The translations under genes were made by a program, and so were the position numbers. Source: Flavobacteriaceae bacterium (GTDB lineage Bacteria > Bacteroidota > Bacteroidia > Flavobacteriales > Flavobacteriaceae). From it: DNA of 32,000 bases. The stretch is taken from the NCBI GenBank assembly GCA_965224465.1, contig OZ245049.1, positions 4,830,001-4,862,000 of the forward strand, given 5' to 3'. The notes under the pieces are model-generated. The model ran no database searches. It was not told the origin of the DNA and saw only the letters and a program-made list of their open reading frames with translations. This document shows positions 25,166 through 32,000 of this stretch, one piece after another; the stretch's first letter is position 1; each line of letters starts with the position of its first letter.

Positions 25166-26248
25166 TTAATTTTTTATTTGAAGCTTTACGCCGTTTGTTA
25201 ATGGAGATTGAGACCAGAGCACATACGTTTCTCCTTCACTAAGTCCTGCTAGTATTTGGATATGATCACCATAGGTTCTTCCTACACGCAACCATCTCAA
25301 CAAAGCAATATTGTTTTTATTTACCGTGTAAACCCCTACTAATTCTCCTTTTTTTATCAAGGCACTTATTGGAATTAGCAGTGGTTTTTTTATCGTGTTA
25401 TTTGATGTAATTGGAAATTGTACGGAGGCATACATTCCAGATAATATGTGCTCTTTGGAAGTTTCTAGTTGTATTTTCACCAAGTATTGCCCTCCGGTGT
25501 TTATAGAGGAGCTACTTATTTCACTTACCCATCCCTTAATAATGGTGTTTGTAGATTTTAGAAGTATATCAACCTTCATGTTTTTTGAAATTCTTCCAAT
25601 AATATTTTCTGAAACCATGGTGTTTACCTCGTGTTTTGATCCTTGTTCCAAGCTGATAAGTGGACTTCCTGGGCGAGCCATATCACCTTTTTTTACATAA
25701 CTATTTGTGATCACTCCTGAAAAAGGAGCTCTAATGTTTGTATAGGAAAGCAACGCATTTACTTCGTTTTTTCTTGCTTTAGCAGCTACTAATTGCGCTT
25801 TTGACATTGTGTATTGTGCTGTAATGTCGTCCATTTCTTTTTGTGAAGCACTGTTACTTTCAAAGAGTACTTTATATCTATGGTAGTTTGTCTCTGTGTT
25901 TTTTAGCGCTGCGGAGGCTTCTATAATACCCGCAGATACTTGGGCGTTTTTGGCGTTAATATCACTGCTGTTTATTTGGATTAAGAGTTGTCCCTTTTTG
26001 ACTTTATCTCCTACTTTTACATTGATTTTGTTTACAAATCCCATCATTCTGGTACTAATATTGGCGCTGTTGACAGCAGCCATTTTTCCCGTACTACTCG
26101 TGAATTCTTGAGTAGTATTTGTATTGACCGATGCAATTGTAGCTGGAATGCTCACTTGTTTTTTGTCTTTATGCTCGGTTTCTTTACTCGTGCAGCTACT
26201 TATTGTTGTTAAAAGTGATAGGAGTATTATATAGATGCTGTTTTTCAT
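25166..26248 (-). CDS. RND efflux periplasmic adaptor (MFP/HlyD family), lipoprotein
   Basis: Signal LLTTISSC. Lipoyl-like VKVGDKVKKGQLLIQIN and a coiled-coil hairpin region. Lies 4 nt upstream of the RND permease. Confidence 0.85.
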   Translation of the reverse strand: MKNSIYIILLSLLTTISSCTSKETEHKDKKQVSIPATIASVNTNTTQEFTSSTGKMAAVNSANISTRMMGFVNKINVKVGDKVKKGQLLIQINSSDINAKNAQVSAGIIEASAALKNTETNYHRYKVLFESNSASQKEMDDITAQYTMSKAQLVAAKARKNEVNALLSYTNIRAPFSGVITNSYVKKGDMARPGSPLISLEQGSKHEVNTMVSENIIGRISKNMKVDILLKSTNTIIKGWVSEISSSSINTGGQYLVKIQLETSKEHILSGMYASVQFPITSNNTIKKPLLIPISALIKKGELVGVYTVNKNNIALLRWLRVGRTYGDHIQILAGLSEGETYVLWSQSPLTNGVKLQIKN

Positions 26249-26299
26249 GGTTTTATGTTTTTATACTGATATAATTAAGAGTTGAAATTTTATACGGCA

Positions 26300-26430
26300 A
26301 GAAATGGAATTATTTTTTGTTTTAGCTAGGCGGAAAATGGGTTGATAACCGTAGCTATCGTTCTGTTTTTCAACAACGCTAGAACGTAAAACAACTATTT
26401 ATAGCTATCATTTTGGGTTGTAATTGGTAT
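26300..26430 (+). repeat. REP-like dispersed repeat, full-length copy overlapping the TolC gene 3' end
   Basis: gaaatggaattattttttgttttagctaggcgg...ccgtagctatcgttctg...caacgctagaacgt...ctatttatagctatcattttgggttgtaattggtat. Confidence 0.8.
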
Positions 26431-27751
26431 TACTTAAAAATAATAGGCTTGCTTGTGCATAATTATATTGAAATACTGTTTGATAGTATTCTAGTTGTTT
26501 TTGTGAATATTGCGTTTCAGAGAATAATAAATCTGTGGTTTTTTCAAGTCCTTGTTTATAACGATTTACCCGAATTCGAAGTGCTTCTTTGGATTGCTTC
26601 ATCGCTAATTGTGTTAGTTTTAATTGGTTTTTTGCATCTTTTAAGTTCCTGATTGCTTTTTGTAAGGCCATCTTACTTTCTGTTTTGTACTGTTCGTAAT
26701 TAAGTAAGGATTTATCGTGTGTTGCTTTGCTCTTTTTAATTTTCCCTAGCCGTTTATTTCCATTAAAAACATTCCAAGATAGTTGTGCTCCAATTAGATA
26801 GCCTTTCGCTGTTGTTCCTAGAAAATTACCGTCGTGTAGTTCGTAATTTCCAAAGGCATTAAGTCTTGGTAAAAAGCTCATTTTAGCTGCTTTATAAAGA
26901 TAAGAATAAGCTTCGTTAGTTTTTTTTAGAGCTTGTAAATCTGAACGGTTTTCAGAAAATGAACTGTTGTATAAATCATTGTTTTCTACAGCGGCTAATT
27001 TGTCAATTGGTAGGTATACTGTATTGCTAACCTTTCCCATAAGTAGTGATATGCCATCGGAGAGGTTGTGAATATTACTTTGGGCAAGTTGCAGCCTGTT
27101 TTTTACTTCAGTTAGTCTTACTTTTACAGCCAAAACATCCGATCTCTGTAGCAGGCCTTGTTTGAAACTACGCGTTGCTAAAAGGTTGTTTTCTTGTGCT
27201 GTTTTTAACGAAACCTCAAGGACTTCAGTGGTTTTATATGCCAGTTGTAGTAGCATGTAAGCCTTGTAGGTTTGAAGATCTAATTGCTCTTTGGTGCGTG
27301 TGGCTTGTAGTTGATAGGCTTGTACTGTGGCTTTTGCTGCCTTTCTGTTGTACAATCCATCTAAATTTATAAGAGGTTGTTGTATTTCAATTCTTGTTGA
27401 GAAATGATCAATTGGTGCAGGGTCGTTTAGTATTGCTGGATTGAAATCGTTTTGAGTTAGTATTTCCTGATTCAATTTTGATCCAAATGCCATCATGGGA
27501 TTTGTGGTGGTGATTCCTGTATAAGAGATGGATATATCAGGAAGGAAAAGACTGTTACTTTGAATTACATCGGCGGTTGCTATTTCTATAGTTGCTTCAG
27601 AAATTTTGAGTTTGTAATTGTGAGTTGAAACAGTTGTTTTAAAATCCGCATAAGTGAGTGGCGTAGTTTGTCCAAAGCTTAGGGTACTTACAAAAAGTAA
27701 AAGGGTGACAATTACAATTGATTTTGTTTTGTGAGAGAAAAGTTTGTCCAT
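26408..27751 (-). CDS. TolC-family outer membrane efflux protein
   Basis: About 447 aa from the internal ATG at 27751 (MDKLFSHKTKSIVIVTLLLFVSTLSFGQ signal). Repeated coiled-coil/beta pattern. First gene of the OMP-MFP-RND operon. Confidence 0.8.
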   Translation of the reverse strand: MDKLFSHKTKSIVIVTLLLFVSTLSFGQTTPLTYADFKTTVSTHNYKLKISEATIEIATADVIQSNSLFLPDISISYTGITTTNPMMAFGSKLNQEILTQNDFNPAILNDPAPIDHFSTRIEIQQPLINLDGLYNRKAAKATVQAYQLQATRTKEQLDLQTYKAYMLLQLAYKTTEVLEVSLKTAQENNLLATRSFKQGLLQRSDVLAVKVRLTEVKNRLQLAQSNIHNLSDGISLLMGKVSNTVYLPIDKLAAVENNDLYNSSFSENRSDLQALKKTNEAYSYLYKAAKMSFLPRLNAFGNYELHDGNFLGTTAKGYLIGAQLSWNVFNGNKRLGKIKKSKATHDKSLLNYEQYKTESKMALQKAIRNLKDAKNQLKLTQLAMKQSKEALRIRVNRYKQGLEKTTDLLFSETQYSQKQLEYYQTVFQYNYAQASLLFLSNTNYNPK

Positions 27752-27851
27752 GAAATTTGCGTTTATGTTTTTTGCAAATGTACATGGCATGATTTGGTAT
27801 GGACGTAACAATTGTTACTGCGCTTAAAATAGTTGTTATAAGGGGATAAAA

Positions 27852-29622
27852 AAATCCACTTATAAATAGGGCTTGCTGATTTTATAAGCGATTAACTAAA
27901 CTTCAGATTAGATATATATCTATTTTCATGATAATAACCACTTCTATTAAAAAAACAGAAGAACTTATTTGATTCATTTTTTGAACAAATACTATTTTTA
28001 TTCCTTTTTTAAAAAAGGCATAAAAAATAGCATATAGATCTGCTATTTTTAATAAAGTTACTAGATTCATTACAAAGAAAATTGCACCAATCCAGCTTTG
28101 TGAGGTGTCGTTTGTTTTGGCTTTTATATTGCTTAGTCCGTATCCATTTTTAGCTTGCCCAAATTTTCCTTCGATTAGATTTCTTTGGTTTCGCTCTTTC
28201 TTTAGTTTTCGTCTCTGATACGCATTGAGCTCTTGTTTTGGTGGACGCCCTAAAGGTTTTCCTACAATACGAATCTCTCTTTCTTTAAGCCACTTCCTGT
28301 TCTTTCTATTCAGATAAATACGATCTGCCAATAACAATTCTGGATAATTACCAAAGGTAGTTTTGTAGGTTTCTATCTGGAGTTCTAAGTCTATGGATTC
28401 ATTAAAATTATCCCAACTGATGTGTTCTACACGACTCATTCCGTCTACTTCGCTTCCGCTTATTTTTGCGCCAAACTCTGTTCTTGCATTGTCTTTTCCT
28501 CTTGCTATGGGACGTACGTAAGGCTGATAGATATTAACAACTCTGTCTTTTACGCTATGTACTTTTTGATCATACATGAATTGCTGTTGCTCATAAAGAA
28601 GTTGTACAACCCAGTATATTTTCTGATCTCGTTTAGAAATTGGAAACCTAAATGGATAAGCATCTTTTAAATCGGGAAATACTCCTACTGATTGTCCTTG
28701 TTTTCTTTGAGCTTCGATCTGATCTAAAAGTGATTCGATATAACTGATATTACGTTTTAAATAACCTAACTGTTTTCGAATAAATTTACGAATTACTTTT
28801 TGCGACTTTCTTCTGTTTTTTGAAAAGTTTAAGTATTCTGTCCTAGCTATTCTACGGTAATCACGTGGCTTTTTATCCAAACCAGCTTCTTTGTATAATA
28901 AATCAATAATCCGCTCACTCTCTTTTCTTGCTCCATTTAACAATCCTGCATCAGTAGGAAATGCTATTTTCTGATTCGCTACGGTGGCATCAATTTTTAG
29001 TGTGCCTTTGTTTTGAGAAGTATCATTCTTATTTTTACTAATGTTCTTCTTTTTATCAGGTTTTAATTCATCTGCTCTTTCTATAACAAGTGCATTCCAT
29101 GCTTCAAAATTACTTGCACCCATTCGCTTACGAATATCAACAAAAACTGTAGGATGGAAGGGTGGTTTTGTTTGGAAATTTCTCAAACCACAAAAATATT
29201 GAAGATAGATGTTTTCACTAATCATAGCAACAGTTCCCCTGTCATCTAAATTTAATTTATGTTTTACAATTAGTGCACCAATAACCATACGAACATCTAT
29301 ACTCTCTCTACCAGAGCTAGAATTAAGCTCTTTTGAATATACAGATGCTAAAGCATCCCAAGGGATCACTTTAGCTAATTTTACCCAACGATTTTCTTTT
29401 GATAATTCCTGATCAAATGGATGAGAGAATCCTAATAAAGTTAACTGATTTGAAGGCGTATATTTTACCATAAGTGCACAAGTTTATTACCTAAAGATAC
29501 GAAAACATACGCACTTATCAAAAAAAATAAAGCACAAAATACAAGTTAATATTCTGATAATCAAATATGTAAGTTGTGTTTAGTTGAAAATCAGCAAACC
29601 CTAAATATATATAAGTGGATTT
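27852..29622 (-). mobile_element. IS5-family insertion sequence (about 1.77 kb) with imperfect ~45-bp terminal inverted repeats
   Basis: Left end aaatccacttataaatagggcttgctgatttt. The reverse complement of the right end is aaatccacttatatatatttagggtttgctgatttt. AAAA flanks both ends (27848-27851 and 29623-29626) and is a possible 4-bp target duplication. Confidence 0.8.
27903..29471 (-). CDS. IS5-family DDE transposase
   Basis: 522 aa. The N-terminus YTPSNQLTLLGFSHPFDQELSKENRWVKLAKVIPWDALASVY...IDVRMVIGALIVKHKLNLDDRGTV is typical of Bacteroidota IS5-type transposases. The ORF looks intact. Confidence 0.85.
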   Translation of the reverse strand: MVKYTPSNQLTLLGFSHPFDQELSKENRWVKLAKVIPWDALASVYSKELNSSSGRESIDVRMVIGALIVKHKLNLDDRGTVAMISENIYLQYFCGLRNFQTKPPFHPTVFVDIRKRMGASNFEAWNALVIERADELKPDKKKNISKNKNDTSQNKGTLKIDATVANQKIAFPTDAGLLNGARKESERIIDLLYKEAGLDKKPRDYRRIARTEYLNFSKNRRKSQKVIRKFIRKQLGYLKRNISYIESLLDQIEAQRKQGQSVGVFPDLKDAYPFRFPISKRDQKIYWVVQLLYEQQQFMYDQKVHSVKDRVVNIYQPYVRPIARGKDNARTEFGAKISGSEVDGMSRVEHISWDNFNESIDLELQIETYKTTFGNYPELLLADRIYLNRKNRKWLKEREIRIVGKPLGRPPKQELNAYQRRKLKKERNQRNLIEGKFGQAKNGYGLSNIKAKTNDTSQSWIGAIFFVMNLVTLLKIADLYAIFYAFFKKGIKIVFVQKMNQISSSVFLIEVVIIMKIDIYLI

Positions 29623-29645
29623 AAAATACGGTTTGTTACGATTGG

Positions 29646-30503
29646 TTAATTCCCTATTTCGGTATCTTTTAATTTTTCATCTACAATTGTAGAATTATGG
29701 AGTTTTACAGGGTTTTTATTCTTTTTCATTTTTAAGTTGAGGAATTCAACGAGTAGTGAAAAGAAAATGGCAAAATATAAGTAGCCCTTTGGAATGGCTT
29801 CTACTGCCATGTCTCCAAACAATTTAAAATGTGCCAAATGTGATCCTTCTGCTAATAACATCACACCTATCAAAATTAAAAAAGATAAACCAAGAATTTG
29901 AATGGTAGGGTGGTCGTTTACAAATTTACTTACAGGTCCTGCAAAAGCCATCATAATAATCACGGAGATAATGATAGAAACAACCATAATTAACATACCT
30001 CCATCATAGCCAAAACCAGCGGGTGGATTTTCCAAACTTACCAGTCCTATAGCGGTTAAAATACTGTCAAAAGAAAACACAATATTTAACAAGGATATTT
30101 GAATGATCGCTTTGGTTAAAGTATTGGTAGATTTTCCTTTCCCTGCTTCTTCCTCGCCTTCTAGTTTGTGATGAATTTCTGTCACAGCTTTGTATAGTAA
30201 AAATAATCCACCTCCAAAAACAATAAGGCTTTGTCCAGTGATGCTTACCTCTAGCCAAGACCATTCTATGTGGAGTAAAACTCCTTGTAGTTTTAAAACC
30301 CATGTAATTCCGAACAGTAATACAATACGAAATACCATGGCTAAAATAAGTCCGACATTTCGTGCCTTTGGTTGGTCTTCTGGTTTTAGTTTATTGGAAA
30401 CAATAGAAATAAATACAATATTATCTATACCTAAAACAATTTCCAGAAAAGTTAAGGTAAGTAGTGCTATCCAGGCATCTGGTTGTGTTAGAATTTCTAG
30501 CAT
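29646..30503 (-). CDS. TerC-family integral membrane protein
   Basis: LLTLTFLEIVLGIDNIVFISIV and the second FSFDSILTAIG repeat are characteristic of TerC/YoaE proteins. Confidence 0.85.
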   Translation of the reverse strand: MLEILTQPDAWIALLTLTFLEIVLGIDNIVFISIVSNKLKPEDQPKARNVGLILAMVFRIVLLFGITWVLKLQGVLLHIEWSWLEVSITGQSLIVFGGGLFLLYKAVTEIHHKLEGEEEAGKGKSTNTLTKAIIQISLLNIVFSFDSILTAIGLVSLENPPAGFGYDGGMLIMVVSIIISVIIMMAFAGPVSKFVNDHPTIQILGLSFLILIGVMLLAEGSHLAHFKLFGDMAVEAIPKGYLYFAIFFSLLVEFLNLKMKKNKNPVKLHNSTIVDEKLKDTEIGN

Positions 30504-30886
30504 TAGTTGGTGGTTTTTATTAAAGTTCCTTTTTGTTTGTAGTTAGATTTCCCAATGGTAGCTTCAAAATCATAGGATTTCTCTTTAATGTCTGTAATTT
30601 TAATATGGATGGGGTCTTTGTCTAATTCTGTTTTTGGATGGAGCATCTTTAACGTGTATTTGAAAGGCGTTTCCCAGTGTATTATTAGCGTGTCGACGCG
30701 TTTTTCGTAGCGTTCAATTTGTAGACTATCTATACGTTGGATATGTGTTATACTGTATCCTTTTTCTGCAGGAATCTCAAAATTTCCAGTTTTAAATCGG
30801 TCAGGGCTTAGCTCTTTATTTGTGCAATTAATAAAAAGTACTAGAATTAAGCTGCTTAGCAGGTATCTGTTTTTGTGTGTTCTCAT
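30503..30886 (-). CDS. Hypothetical lipoprotein
   Basis: Signal MRTHKNRYLLSSLILVLFINC. The stop overlaps the TerC start (TAATG), suggesting translational coupling. Confidence 0.55.
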   Translation of the reverse strand: MRTHKNRYLLSSLILVLFINCTNKELSPDRFKTGNFEIPAEKGYSITHIQRIDSLQIERYEKRVDTLIIHWETPFKYTLKMLHPKTELDKDPIHIKITDIKEKSYDFEATIGKSNYKQKGTLIKTTN

Positions 30887-30935
30887 AGTTCAACAAAAAT
30901 ATAAAAATAAATAGTTTTTTGATGGAGATTTACTA

Positions 30936-31316
30936 TTATTTTAAGATCCATTCTTTTCCAGCTTGAATGGAGTGAAATGTTTTTGTGCTAAATATTTTTT
31001 TTGTTCTTTCTACTATAAAAGGAATTGTTATTTGACTTGGTTCATGCATGATTACAGCAAATCTGAAATTCATAAAATAGTTGGGTTGTGAATTCAGATA
31101 TGTAACAAGTTTTTCGATGTCACTTTTCAAGTTGATTGTTAAATGTGCATTGTTAAAATTTAAAATGGCTCCAATGGTTCTTTTTTTTAGATTGCCATTT
31201 TTTATGGCGAGTTCCCAGGAGTCTATGAGCTGGTCTACCGTAAAATTACCAATATGTGTTTTTATGAGTAAAAGCTGTTCATACGCAACAATGTTTTCGT
31301 AAGTAATACGGTTCAT
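30936..31316 (-). CDS. Hypothetical protein
   Basis: 126-aa ORF with no recognised motif, co-directional with its neighbours. Confidence 0.45.
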   Translation of the reverse strand: MNRITYENIVAYEQLLLIKTHIGNFTVDQLIDSWELAIKNGNLKKRTIGAILNFNNAHLTINLKSDIEKLVTYLNSQPNYFMNFRFAVIMHEPSQITIPFIVERTKKIFSTKTFHSIQAGKEWILK

Positions 31317-31380
31317 GGCATAGTCTTAAGGGTTTCAAAACGTAAATGTAAATTCCTTTTATATGCTTTCAAATTTTTTC

Positions 31381-31421
31381 AAAAAAAACCGCTTTATTTT
31401 TAAATAAAGCGGCTTTTTTTT
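31381..31421 (-). terminator. Rho-independent terminator downstream of purB (hairpin is symmetric, could act on both strands)
   Basis: ccgctttattt (31389-31399) pairs with aaataaagcgg (31402-31412). Flanked by A8 on the left and T9 on the right. About 16 nt after the purB stop. Confidence 0.8.
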
Positions 31422-31436
31422 GACTGATTTTTAAGT

Positions 31437-32000
<564 letters not shown>

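Overview
This window is a low-GC chromosomal segment that looks Flavobacteriia/Bacteroidota-like. The indications are TAnnTTTG-type promoter boxes, no obvious Shine-Dalgarno sites and many lipoprotein signal peptides; this taxonomic call is an inference. There are three blocks.

(1) nt 1-6136: a periplasmic nitrate reductase cluster. It holds napA (5' end cut by the window), a tandemly duplicated NapB-like tetra-haem cytochrome, a second tetra-haem cytochrome c, a Tat-signal 4Fe-4S protein and an NrfD-like membrane subunit.

(2) nt ~6140-18215: a visibly more AT-rich accessory island made of cassette-like units separated by several interspersed repeat families.
- A tightly coupled three-gene operon at 6485-9314: sce7726-like PD-(D/E)xK protein, sce7725/Beta-protein family member and a Zn-ribbon-RES domain protein. 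This is the best candidate for an undescribed defence or abortive-infection system.
- A decayed tyrosine recombinase gene.
- A lipoprotein gene flanked by 11-bp inverted repeats.
- A DDE transposase fragment.
- A small membrane protein plus a DUF1266-like protein.
- A DUF4062/TIR-like single-gene candidate effector.
- An inverted MqsR/MqsA-like toxin-antitoxin pair.

(3) nt 18218-32000, all on the minus strand: housekeeping or transport genes. These are a GH27 alpha-galactosidase, an NCS2 uracil/xanthine permease, a DUF2892-like protein, a TolC-MFP-RND efflux operon with an IS5-family insertion about 100 bp upstream, a TerC-family protein, two hypotheticals and the 3' part of purB. A REP-like dispersed repeat sits at the 3' ends of several of these genes.

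I saw no rRNA, tRNA or CRISPR array. All family assignments rest on motifs read by eye and on memory of the families. No database search was run.
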